From assembly GCA_002633005.1 (NCBI GenBank), contig NMRA01000024.1, forward strand, positions 389,803 through 453,802: a DNA stretch of 64,000 nt, written 5' to 3'. Origin of the DNA: Phoronis australis (taxonomy: Eukaryota; Animalia; Phoronida). The notes beneath the pieces are model-generated. The model saw nothing but the letters and a program-made list of their open reading frames with translations, was not told the origin of the DNA and made no database searches. Position numbers and translations under genes: made by a program. Of this stretch, positions 50,000-62,900 are shown piece after piece (position 1 is the first letter of the stretch; every line of letters starts with the position of its first letter).

Positions 50000-50420
50000 A
50001 TTTAAACTGGCTTGACATGTTTCGGCCTTTATTAAAACGCCATCCTCAGAAGAAAAAACAGTGGCTACTTTGCTAGGCCCAACAACAAGTAATGAGATAC
50101 AGACTCAGTCAGTTACAGGGGAGTAACAATAAACTAGACTATCAATGAATTTTCAGTTCCTTTTTTTGTTTCTGCTCATAACAATGATTGGAGCTCTGCG
50201 ATGAATATTAATATGTGAACTTCTGTCAGAATTTAGATGTGCCTTGGTGCGGGTTTTCAAATGGCGAACAGTTTCGCCAAAATAACTGGAGCCACATCCA
50301 GCACAGCTAAATTTGAACATTACGCTGGACCGTGGACCCATAGTAGCTTTGACCTTAGGCAAAGTAAATTGAATCGGAACATCTGAAAGATGTTGTTCCA
50401 AAGCTAAGCCAACTTTTTGA
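50000..50420 (-). mobile_element. Penelope-like element 3' remnant (GIY-YIG endonuclease fragment)
   Basis: SSVMFKFSCAGCGSSYFGETVRHLKTRTKAHLNSDRSSHINIH matches the PLE GIY-YIG pattern VVY.F.C..C...YIGET.R.L..R..EH; hammerhead motif downstream. Confidence 0.85.
50011..50052 (-). ncRNA. Minimal type I hammerhead ribozyme motif (PLE-associated)
   Basis: Minus strand ctt CTGAGGA t ggc gttttaataaag gcc GAAA cat GTC aag: CUGANGA and GAAA cores, stem II GGC/GCC, palindromic ACATGT stem III, GUC site, short stem I CTT/AAG. Confidence 0.7.
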
Positions 50421-51445
50421 CGTTAGTTTCTGGAGTTACTAGTAAGGCGCATTGCGTGGGTGAGCTTACGCCCCTTCGGTCACTTTATGACTGGCGCATT
50501 CTGTTAATATCTGTTGGTTTTACTTATGTTAAAAGAAATAATTCAAGTTCTGATGTAAAGCTGTCGACAGTCTAGTGCGGGTAGAGAGGCTCCTAGCATT
50601 GTGATTTGTTGAACAGTATCAAATTAGTAGCTACTTTTTGATTTGATACGTGTTGGTCTAAGAAAGTACGCACAAATGTCACCCACGGAAATCATCATAC
50701 AAAGACAGATTTTCTCCTGAAGCCAAAAGAGTTTCTAATCTCCCTCTCACTTGTAATAAATGCGCCATGCGTTCATAGCCAGTTGCTTGAAGTCGCTTGA
50801 GGTCAAAGATCACATTTTCCATATAAGGGAAATCTGCTACGTCTATGTNTATCCAGACTCTAGAGTCTGGTGAACATGCCTGACATCTGCTTCTCCATTG
50901 GTCAGTCAAGGATGAGGTCAACTGGTGTACTAAACCACATAAACAGAAAGATTCTTTAGCGACCTTGAGTGACGTAACTTGAGTAATAATACAGATGCTA
51001 AACGCGGGATGTGATCACCGTGCGCACTGCCCACGATGTCAGTGGAGAAGAAGACTTTCACGCAGTGTTTGTTCCCCGTTTACACTACAACTGTGCTTCT
51101 ATTTCCGTATCTCATCAAAGTTATCCAAAAAGAAGAGCGTGTAATTGAAATCATTGGGCAGCAATTGAGTAAAATGTCTAATAAGTACAGAAAATGGGAG
51201 AAATAAGAAAAATTTTGAAATATTGTTGCTGATCAAATCTCGTTTTCGACAGTTCACCCTTCTGTAATTCTCCATGATAGCAAGTATGACAAGGCTGACT
51301 AGAATTCAAGATGGCTGTACCGCCGGGAACTAGTTTTATTTGTGAACACAAGCTCCTTAAGCTAACAATAATAGCACAAGTACACATGTATTAATCACTA
51401 CTGTTACAGCAAGTAAGCAGCATATGTGAACAGAAACAACGTTAG

Positions 51446-51865
51446 ATTTAAACTGGCTTGACATGTTTCGGCCTTTATTAAAACGCCATCCTCAGAAGAA
51501 AAAACAGTGGCCACTTTGCTAGGCCCAACAACAAGTAATGAGATACAGACTCAGTCAGTTACAGGGGAGTAACAATAAACTAGACTATCAATGAATTTTC
51601 AGTTCCTTTGTTGTTTCTGCTCATAACAATGATTGGAGCTCTGCGATGAATATTAATATGTGAACTTCTGTCAGAATTTAGATGTGCCTTGGTGCGGGTT
51701 TTCAAATGGCGAACAGTTTCGCCAAAATAACTGGAGCCACATCCAGCACAGCTAAATTTGAACATTACGCTGGACCGTGGACCCATAGTAGCTTTGACCT
51801 TAGGCAAAGTAAATTGAATCGGAACATCTGAAAGATGTTGTTCCAAAGCTAAGCCAACTTTTTGA
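51446..51865 (-). mobile_element. Duplicate copy of the Penelope remnant
   Basis: Same GIY-YIG fragment (ORF 51580-51846) inside the duplicated block. Confidence 0.8.
51457..51498 (-). ncRNA. Duplicate minimal hammerhead motif
   Basis: Identical to 50011-50052. Confidence 0.65.
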
Positions 51866-52549
51866 CGTTAGTTTCTGGAGTTACTAGTAAGGCGCATTGC
51901 GTGGGTGAGCTTACGCCCCTTCGGTCACTTTATGACTGGCGCATTCTGTTAATATCTGTTGGTTTTACTTATGTTAAAAGAAATAATTCAAGTTCTGGTG
52001 TAAAGCTGTCGACAGTCTAGTGCGGGTAGAGAGGCTCCTAGCATTGTGATTTGTTGAACAGTATCAAATTAGTAGCTACTTTTTGATTTGATACGTGTTG
52101 GTCTAAGAAAGTACGCACAAATGTCACCCACGGAAATCATCATACAAAGACAGATTTTCTCCTGAAGCCAAAAGAGTTTCTAATCTCCCTCTCACTTGTA
52201 ATAAATGCGCCATGCGTTCATAGCCAGTTGCTTGAAGTCGCTTGAGGTCAAAGATCACATTTTCCATATAAGGGAAATCTGCTACGTCTATGTTTTGCAT
52301 TTCCAAACAAGGAGAAGTGCTTTGCCTTGCGGGAGAAAAATCGACGAAGAGGCGAGCAGTTTACAGATTGTTTTAAAACTTTGAAACCAAAAAATGTTTT
52401 GATATCAACTGAAATAAAAAAATACGAACAAACCCTTAAAATACCTGGTGAGCAAGTTGAATTCTATTTCAGTGGTCGAGAACTACATTCAACATTGCAC
52501 TTTAGTCTGTTTATCGCGTTCCAGGCCTCTTTCATACGCTGCAGGTTAC

Positions 52550-52800
52550 ACGAGTGACAATTAGCACTGCCAGCACAGCGCGTACTAGTTGCAACTGCGG
52601 GTGTTCAAGGTTCGATTCCGCGCTGAGCTGGCTGATCTCACTGAGAAAATCACTGTTCCCGCCGATGTCCCAGCCCGGCTATCCCGCTCAGTGATCGGGC
52701 TGTGTAACAGAATTCCTGACGACAACTGAGACTAGCCCTACCCCGGCGATTTATTTCGAAAAAGTCGGGTTACTCGTCTCAAGACAAGACTTGACTTGGC
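52550..52800 (+). mobile_element. Degenerate tRNA-headed SINE-like repeat
   Basis: B-box GGTTCGATTCC near 52609; body motif ggctatcccgc...gatcggg also seen on the minus strand near 37330-37355. Confidence 0.4.
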
Positions 52801-53347
52801 ACCCTCCACTTTCTAAAAAGACTTTGAAACACTGGCCTGAACACGTTAATTTTATAACTACAATATGTTTTTAAATTCATTCTGAGCACGCCAAGGCCAT
52901 AAATTGCCAAATGTTACGTAAGGTTACGCTATTGATTTTCATTCGTCTACGTCACAATGAAAATCCTTATATGGTATTTTTTCAGACCCATATTCAGTAC
53001 AGTCATTTCCGTAATTCATTCTTCGGTCTGTGCCGTGGTGACGCAATACGCGACAAGGCTACCTCACTTATTATTTTACAAGTCTACGTTTCACTTGTTA
53101 AATCGTATTTTTCATATAATGCTAAAGTATTGCTGAAATGACAAAAATACGTTCAAGAAATGTTTAAATGTACCACTCCTTAATAAATCACTCTTTTTCA
53201 CAATTAGATTGAGAAACGAAAGCAGCTCGTCAGCATCGGGGCGTTCATGTGACAAGGATCCTATGTGATTCATCTGAATGCAAGCAATCCAATGAGAAGG
53301 ACCGCTGCCTAACTTGTGACACCAAGTGAAACTCGAGTTTCCCATTT

Positions 53348-53631
53348 CACGGGTGAGAAACAACATGACTGCCGGTCCTCTAAATCGGACTGACTCACCC
53401 AAAACAGGACCTCCGGGGATCATGACCGCCGGACAATATGCGGCGGTTTCAATCCCCAGCGGTCATGTTCAGTGCCCGGCGATCCGGCTGTTTTGTGGTG
53501 GGGCGGTCATGTTTTTAGGTGCGTCAGTCCCATTTTCTGGTGCGACGGTCCCATATGATCTCCGGAGGTCCTGTTTTGGGTGAGGCGGTCCGATTTAAGA
53601 GGACCGGCGGTCATGTTGTTTCTCACCCGTG
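53348..53631. mobile_element. Transib-like MITE (CAC...GTG termini, 5-bp TSD)
   Basis: cattt|CACGGGTGAGAAACAACATGAC ... GTCATGTTGTTTCTCACCCGTG|cattt; inverted arms ~75 bp, perfect over the first 22 bp. Confidence 0.8.
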
Positions 53632-53996
53632 CATTTGCGCGGCGCGAAGACCTCAGTGCTGGAGAAAACTTATCATGAAATCAAGCGCCATCTATCGTGG
53701 GAGCCTTTCCGGCAAACGTTACCGATAAAAACAAGGTTGACCTTTTCGCGATCTGGGTTCATTGAACGTCTACATATATTGTGTGTTCATACAGTTGGTC
53801 TCAACGTATGAATATTGCCGTCTAGTTACTGGGCTCGTCACAGGCTAATTGTCAGTGGTCTGTGTCTTTTTATTGGAGGTGAAACTGATAAGCTATCATA
53901 AAAGACATCTGGCAGCGTCTGCCCTCAGCAGTCTCCAAACCCTACAAGGAACACTCTCGTGCCAGTTGACGGGAATTCGTCGGTCACTTCGAAGCA

Positions 53997-56900
53997 ATGG
54001 CAGGGGGGCTTAGTAAAGAATTCAGGTCGCTCAAAGGCGAACTGTTGAGAGATGGAAAATTATTTGAAGACGACGAATTTCCAGCTGTCATGCGTTCCAT
54101 TTACCCGTCGGGGAAGCCAGCAGACATGCCACGAATTACGTGGGCCCGCCCCGGGGTAAGTATTTTTTATCAGTTGTCGTCGACACTCAGTGCATACGTC
54201 TGTGTTTGTTTGTAGGCGGTGGATAGTTGTGAAAAAACTCAAGCGACGACGCTGGATGCTTGCCTTTCTCATAAGCGGCCAGTACACCACGGTCTTCGAG
54301 AGCTAACGTTGTTTGAGTTATTGCACTGTTCGTTTCAAAGTGAAAAAACGTGTGCATTGTAGTTCGAACCTATTGTACAGAACTCATTGTCATTTTATTC
54401 GAACCCTTGGACAGTTCTCCGCTTATGAAACTCGTTTCACAGAAATGCAAATTGAGGTAAACAGAGGCCGTATAATCCTACAAAGTCAACACAACCAGAA
54501 TGCAGAATTGCACACCACTTATCAGCTAAATTGATACAGGCTAGATTACTTCATACTGCGGTGATCATATAGTTCATTCGTCTATATACGGATGTAGCTC
54601 TGTTGTATATAATTCAAACACAAATATCAAACACTTTGTGAGACGCGAATGCGACAAGTTGTCGCTCGCTTCGTGTACATCTTTTAAATACTGCTGGACG
54701 GATAGCCATGATTTTTAACCACCTGTTGGCCAAATCTCTTTTCTTTTCTGTTCTGGGCAGAGTTCAGTACCGCTAGCGCCTCGCTAGAAAAGCACGATTC
54801 CGCGAGATAATGCAGTACATTTTCATTGAGAGCATGTGATTTTGGCTAAATTTGAGCCTGACTGAAGTTCGCACATGTGGTAAAAACCTCCGAGGGATAA
54901 TTTGAGGCTAAAAAAGTACCGGAGATGTTCGGGATCAAGCCTAGTGCCCTCACTTATACTGTCGAAGACATAAGAACGTAGCTAGAGTAAAAGTGTATCG
55001 TGGCCACCAAACGGTGAGCTGAGAAGTGACTGTGAACACAAAATGGTGTGCAGTCTCAGTGGATTTAAGAGCCGTTTTGTTTTAGTACCTTCTGTTCTTG
55101 ATTGGTCCAGCATCAGCTTGTATGCTTAGGGTATTTCATGCACTTTTAATGACAGCTCGGTCCTGGTCAAATCGCCATTCGTCACATGCGGTGTCTGCAT
55201 TCAGTGAATGGTGAACAGATTTATACAGTAAAATGAATGATATCTAATACGTGCACCTGGACAGACATTCGTGTTAATTCGATGCTTTTTGGGTTTCTAC
55301 ATTTTATTTGAGTAAACTCAATTGCAATTTGTCACAGTTAACACAATTTTCAAGATTTCCAAAGTTGTATCGTTCTATCAGTAAAGTTTGTTCTTTGCAA
55401 TGATACCAAATTTATAAAAGTTATTTTTGGATTATGAAAAATATTAGAAACTTTTAAGTAGTGCAGTTTTAGCTGCGGGGTGTATACTGGTATTACCAAA
55501 GCAACATGCTGTTCTCAGCGGAAAGATGACTTACATATGTTTCAGTACTACAGTATAACAACTCGTGTATTTCATTTTGGTCATATATTTCCAGGATATA
55601 TCCGAGGATCCAGAATTTATAGTCAAAGGTACAACACGGTTTGACTTCAGTCAGGGGCAACTAGGTAAGTCTTCACATATTTTACTCTGTCTGTCCCTTT
55701 ATGTCAAGATAGTCGATAGAAAATGATATCGCCGTAACTGCGACTTTTGCTCCAGTCTGGCACGTCTGCGAGTCGCTGTCCAGTTAGGCTTACATTGTAT
55801 ATTTTAGTTGTGAATCTTAATAGCGCCTTTCAATTCTTTCTCTTGCAAAGCCTTTGTTTGTTTTTACCACGAAGTACTCTTTATGCTGCAACTTTATGCG
55901 CAAATATACTTGTGCAGGTGCGTATTGTCGTCATCCCGAGTATGGGCGTCCAGCTTCCGTTGCTGTAACTTCAAAACACCGACCAGGATATTCATTTGAA
56001 GCTGGCACTGGTTGGGGTTTGCCGGGTACTATTCGAAAATCGGCGTGAGGCCAATAACAATACAGTCAACTGGGTGTCGATACACTTCCGATATGGGATA
56101 CCAAATACTCCTCTTTTTCGATACCGTCACTCTTTTCTTCCCGATATCAAATACGCTGCAAATTAGCTGCTAATTTCCCTTCCAGTACCAAAAGTATCAA
56201 TTTCGACGTACACTGTCGCTCATTTTCAGAGTCGCAGTTTCATATTTGACTGAATTGAATAAAAAATCAGCCACCCCTCTAGTGTTCAGTTCAACGATTG
56301 TGGTGTCGAGTAGTTTTGGTTTCGATACTTCAACGGAAATGTCGCTTTGGTATAATACTCTACCGGAAATCGGTGCACGACCCCAACTTTCCGGAGCACG
56401 TTTCGTAGACGCAAAACTCTCGCGACTAAAGCTATCATGTTTCGCTGGTAATGCATGACGACATCTCGCAAAGATGTGCGTGATATCACTTTTCTGGCAA
56501 TGAACGCACCCCGCATCTTTCTTCAGTTGTGCTCGACACCAAAAAGAAATATTCGTCCAAGAACCATCGAAAAATTGTCATGAAATTTAGTGTTGTGTAA
56601 ATGCCCAGACTTGCTAATATAATAATTCATAACAATTCTATTACAGGCAACTGCTGGTTTGTCGCGGCAGCGGCTTCCCTCATTTGCACCAATAGGAAAT
56701 TGTTTGAAAGAGTATGTCCCTCAGACCAGGGCTTTGATAAAGATTCCTACGCAGGTAATTGGTAAAGTTCTGTAGACGTTTCAGATTGCGTTAACGGACA
56801 GTCACAAGGTGGCGAGACCGTTTCGTCCGCCAGTCGGCTCACCTGTAACTGCAAACAATTTATGTCGCAGAAATCGACGACATTCCCCGAGTCCGATCAA

Positions 56901-59900
56901 AAGTAGTTCGGTAAAGAGGAAATTTAAGAGAAACTGCGGGAAGCAGAAGAAGTTATCAAAAGCAGAGATGATTGCTTAATTGGTATTGCTTTCAATGTCC
57001 GATATTGCAAGATGATTTGATGCCTTCTCGTGTAAAAATGCCCATCTGTCTACAGGTGGACATAATCAGTCTGGATTGGCTTATGGTTATTGCTAGCTGT
57101 TACCCGAACCAAAAACAGTCAAAAGATATTTTCCTCCCTACCCAACTAACTTTAAAGCCCTTTTCGGATCGCTTACTACCGCAGGGGTAAAACATTTAGA
57201 AGATTCAAGCGAAATAGACAATGGTTCGCAGAAGTGCGCAGGTGTCGCTATTGTCGTTATTATCTCCTCTAGCTGATGGTATCACATCAGTCGAGTAAGC
57301 AACGGAGGCATAATTATGGAAATAAGTTAATATCGTCCTTATTATCTGGCGGGTAATTGCTTAGATTAAGAGCTGTCGTGATTTTTAAACCAAACTTTTG
57401 CACTAATCTCTGTTTCGTCTACCAAACTACATGTTGAAATTATCTATAGAGGTTGGTGCACTTAGACCAACACTGGATTATATAATTCTACAGTTTCACC
57501 AAGTCAATATCGTTATCTGTAATGTATTTCAGGTATATTTCGGTTTAACTTCTGGCGTTATGGAAAATGGAAGGAAGTCGTTGTCGACGACCGATTACCG
57601 ATCACCAACGTTTGGGGGCGTGGTAGTAAAGACAAGCAGTTGGTTTTCGGTTATAATAGTGCGCAGATCAACGAGTACTGGGTAGCGTTGCTTGAGAAGG
57701 CTTATGCCAAGTAAGGCAAACAACAATAAATGTACAAGTTCTTTATTAAGTACGATACATCACTCTCTTCAACATTCATCCCCGCATTCATAAATACGTT
57801 GTATTAAAATCATTTCTAAATGTGATTTTGGTCTATTTACACCCGCTTTTAACCTCTTTGCATTGGTTCGAAGTTTCAGTCGGTCATTTCTCCGCACAAG
57901 ATCTCAACATTAATAACCATAAGTATACCACATACCCGTGCTCGTTCTGCTAAGAGCGTTGTCAGAATACGGGGAGGTGGCCAAAGAAATCGTCGAGTGA
58001 AACGCCGTTACCGTAGGTTTGCGGTTGGCGTAAACTGACCAATAGATCTTAGAAATTATGTCACTACATCACCGTCTCAAAGCGGTTTTGAAAGTCATAC
58101 AATATATTAGGTCAAAAATAGTATATTGGTTGTGGTCAGCGCCCGCCCGTTGTGGTCTGGAAACCGACGCTTGAAAGGCGAAGGCAACTTTTTTCATGTC
58201 ATTTTTAGCAATAATAGGGTTCGTTGATTATTCCAGACATATTTTCACTTATTTACAGCAGCTAGCGTCGGGTTTATTTTCCAAAATATGGACAACTATA
58301 TAAATACCGCACCAATTTAAAAAAAACAAAAACGAAACCCGAACCAATTAGTTTCCTTACACGTGACTTCAGTCGCACCTTTAGCCTGTAATGTATCTTG
58401 TACCCCACGGAATCCGAATGCATCATAGAATTCAACGAAATTCCTTTTATCAACAGCATTGCCAACTGAGACAGGCTCTTACACCTAATATTGGTACTGT
58501 TCACTTTGAACGTTAGCGTATCACCTAAACAGAAAGGTAAATAATACAGAGTTGACGGAGAAAAATTAAAAAAAAAAGTTGAAGGCTGGATTACTCGTAC
58601 ACGAATGGGTCCTATCTTTGCTTTTTCAGGCTTAATGGCTCATATCAAGCGATTGACGGTGGTAGTATCCAAGACGCCTTGATTGACATGACAGGAGGAA
58701 TGTCCGAAGTGATCGATTTGAGAAATCCACGTTCTCTACCAACAAATTTCTATGAACTTGTTGATCGAACCATAGCCATGAATTCAATGATCGGAGTCTC
58801 TATTCCGGTAACTGCATTGCTACATAAACTAACCGCCATCATTTTGAACAAGAAGACGAAGTGCCCTGTATAATGTTATTTTATCGTGACTGACCGTCCA
58901 GAGTAACCGGCACGCCCACTCGGGTCTGTCGAACTAAAAACCAAACTGCGGGGTATTTTGGCGAATGGCATGCGATTTAAAACTGGTAAACATATAAGAT
59001 AATGAAGCAAGACTGTTGTTTTGATTACCATGACAATAGTCCAAACGGCGTGAATGTCTTCCGGGTAATAGCGTAATTCTGTGGAAAGCCTGAAAATTTT
59101 CCAAAAAGAGGAGTGGATATTTTGTACTAGTAGCCGCTGGAAATCCCCCGTGCCCTTTGAAGCAATAATCCATCTCAACCACTCTATGTATTGTTATAGG
59201 TGTCTGTGGACAGTACTGGAAACGAGCAACAGCGTCTCAACGGTCTGTACGAGGGCCACGCCTACAGCGTTACGGGACTTTTGAAGGTACATGTACCACC
59301 ATCTTCGGTCACGGAACTAGCCTGTATTTCCAGGCGTATTGGTTTCGATGCATGAAATGATGGGTCTGTCAATTGAATTTATTGAGCCTACGGTTAGAGT
59401 AACAAACTCTCATGTCTTCCCGATCGCAAAAATCCTTTCAGTTTAAGCCAATCTTATAGCAGTTAGTAGTTTAAAAGAAAAGCTTAGTGTTTCACAGTAG
59501 GCGTGTGCATAATAGTGTTAGCCTATAAACGTCGTGTCGTGTAATCAAATTGGTGAGCAAACGCGGATTATTTCAAAAGGTGTGGAATTGACGAATTTTT
59601 AAAAGTTGGGATTATTGCTTATCGATGTCTAACACTCAACTTAGCGTAAAACTTCAACATTTTGATTAAAAGTGAAGGTGCATTGTTATTGGCATCTGCA
59701 TTTTTAATTGTTTTCTGATTACTTGGAAGAAACGTATTTGTCACCTGTATACCAGTTCCCATAACCAACAGGTTACTGTGAACAGCAAAGATGAAAATAT
59801 CGTTCGCCTTCGTAACCCTTGGGGTTCAGGAGAATGGAGGGGCGCCTGGAGCGATAGGTATTGTGCTGGTTGTTGAGTTATTTCATCAGTTCAAACACTG

Positions 59901-62900
59901 CAAGGCAATGTTTGTTTCAGGTCTGCTCAGAGAGTCTTTTATCTTGGTATTCATTGTTAAATCGTGTTCGAATATGAACACATGTTCCGACATCCTTCAA
60001 CAAATCTAAAAATTTGTCACTATCTATTTAGTATACGTGGATGTAGCTAAGATAGAAACAAAAGCAGACGAGATGAACTGTCCTTGAGTACGAAGTTGTG
60101 TTCTCCATTAATCTCAAGTAGACTATTATAGAACAGGGGCCCGTTCCAAGATAACTGACTTAGCTAAGAACTGTCTTAAATTTTAGTCAATTTTAAGATG
60201 AAGCTTAAATTTGTCCTAAGTCCGCTTCAAGAAAGAGGTTTTAAATTTGACTTGAGGTTTTGACTTAATGACTAACGTACCAGACATGGAAGTTTCAAAG
60301 TGTGGAGGTTGAGTCAAATCTTAGATTCAAGTCAAAAATGAACTTAAGTCAGTTTCGTGGAACGGGCCCCTGGGCTTAAAGCGGAATAGCCGTGGCGGTT
60401 CTTAAGTGTATGTCTGGTTCCATGCTGTAATAGCCTCTACACCAGTAAACATGCCTTGCTGTGGAGCACGCTTGTGCCTACTTATGAGTACTATCGACTG
60501 CTTTTGCATACGTATTTGGTACATAAAAATGCTTGCCAAGCAAACTGAACGTGAATATCAGGATACCTGTGCAGAATGCATGAGTGTGTACACGTACTGT
60601 CTTAAGACAGTGCGGTGAAGGGAGCCCGACCATAATTTCTGAGAACAGAAGTTTGCGAAAATCCTAAAAGCGGCATACCAGATGCTGTTTTTTTCTTCTG
60701 TGGTCTTGCTCGGAGGGGATTGTCCATCGATCTTGCTTCCCTCAAAAGTCTGTCCGTGTCAAGAATCATTGAATTCGGTGTCTGTAAAGAAGTAACCAAC
60801 TTCGCTGTCGTTGTCAAACGTAATGATGGCCATTGTCTATTAAGTTTGGTTTAATGGCGAAAGAGTGTTTTCAACCTAGTGTGCGGAGGGATCTACCTAA
60901 TGTGCGGAGGGATACTCGACCTAATATTAGACATAAATGTGCGGACTTTGTGATGTGTACTTTAGCATAGGAAGGTTTTACTGACATTGTGTGCACTGAT
61001 GTCATCACAAAAATGTGACCTGATCGCAGAGAGTTTCTTAAAACGTTAACGCTATTATAGGCATTTTTGAAAACAACGCAGAGACCCTGGGTAAAAAATA
61101 GCCTCTGGTTAAGTAGACTCTCAGCTGTATCCATTGGTCCCTCCAAAATAAACTCACATTAGCAATTTAATACACATTTTTCTTTTGTAGGTCATCGGAA
61201 TGGAAAGCTTTTTCCGAGAAAGACAGACAGAGTGTCGGGTTGGTTGTCAAAGATGATGGAGAGTTTTGGTGAGGCACCTTTTCGTTCATTCAGCCTTACA
61301 TTTGTCTAATGAAAGTAGCGATATTGGCAAGCGTGATCTTGACATTGGCGAACCAAGATGCAGTTGGTGACGCGATAATGAAAATGAAGATGACAGTTGA
61401 CAACTACAGTGGTTTTGATGATGGTCGACATACGAAGACGTAGATGGTAATCACAATTTTCTCGATCGACAAACATCACTAGCAGACCACCGTAAGGTAG
61501 CGCGCGTAGCGTGGTGTACATGCCTAGCGACCAAGTCGTGAGACACCAAACTTTACACGAGGCTAGACTCAAAACTCAGGTGACCTATCAGAAAGTTTAC
61601 TCGAAGTGTGTTACGTTCAATTTTGTGTTTCGTCTCGAGTAAAGTTGGCTGGCCTCGTACCTCGGTATGGCACTAATTACAATGTCAAAGTGTTGAGAGT
61701 TTAACGAACTCCCAACAGGGTAAATGTTGCATTTTCCGTGTTCCGTGCCACCAAGGACTTCAGAGTTTACCAACATAACTAATCACTGAGTACGAGATTA
61801 ATTCTAGTGAATTAATTTGTGTTTTCATCACATTCCGGGCTTGGCTATTCGCAGATCCAAATGGGGTAATAAACTAATTATCTTCTCAGCCAGAGCCATA
61901 ACCCTTTTGTTAAGCCTACACAGGCCAACTGGGACAGTTGTATACTAAAAGCGGGACTTACAAAATTGTTTTCTCTCGCCCTGCATGTCAGTTTCAAAAG
62001 GCCTATTGTGTGTGAAGGGCACCTCTGATTTACAACTTTGCCCAACATTCTAAGCCAGTAGAGGGACTAGTTACCCCTCCATGCCCAAAATGGAACATTT
62101 TTGTTTTGTTTTCGTTGCAATGTTTTCGTAGGATGCCTTTTGACGAGATGGTGAGAGAGTTTGACGAGATGGGCATATGCCATCTTACACCTGATTCACT
62201 GACGGAGGAGGTGGCTGTTGATACGGTAGGTTAATGATAACATAATATTTTAAAATTGTTCTGTGATATGCTGCCGTTTATAAACACAGAATAAACCTAA
62301 CAAACTATACAGTAATTTTAAAGTTCAACGTCACAATTCTCCCATAGGGTCTACTAAATGGTTTCATGAACTGGTTGTGCAGTCCTTCATATGTATTTTG
62401 ACTTGAATTACATTTTAACTCAACGCCATTCGACAGAAAAAGGTTCCGTGGAAGATGACGTCATACAACGACAGCTGGGTTAAAAAAGTGAACGCTGGTG
62501 GTGCTGGCAATCCTCCAAATCAAGGTAAAGACTTCGATTTCTCTAGTGCCGGAAAGTGAATTTCTGACACTACGCTCTTAAAAATTAATTAAAATATCCG
62601 GAAAATGTGACGTTTTGCACCGTTCTAGTACCCCCAAGCCCGGCGGTACTTTTGGAAACGGGGCCTACTGTGCCCTCGATATCCGTCGACATGAAATGAG
62701 GACCAATCCGTGGTTGTGGTTAAGAAAATTTACGGTACCAATTGCGGAGTTACAGCTGAATCAGTTGAACGGTTGTGCATGTTCGGATATTAGTCAGACC
62801 AAATCCTACTGGGATTGATAGAGGTAACAGGAATGGCCGATTGATCTTTGTATCGTGCGGGTCCAATATAATATCGAAGTAGAGACAACACTAAATAGAA

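Larger units (their letters stand above)
49399..52293 (+). repeat. Tandem duplication 49399-50848 / 50850-52293 joined by a single N
   Basis: ~1.45-kb copies with few SNPs and small indels; N at 50849 at the junction. Confidence 0.9.

Noticed and set aside
53112-53728. Overlapping ORFs upstream of calpain
   Set aside because: They arise from the GC-rich palindromic MITE.
56065-56340. cgatac-rich segment resembling a hAT-type MITE
   Set aside because: Termini and TSD could not be defined.
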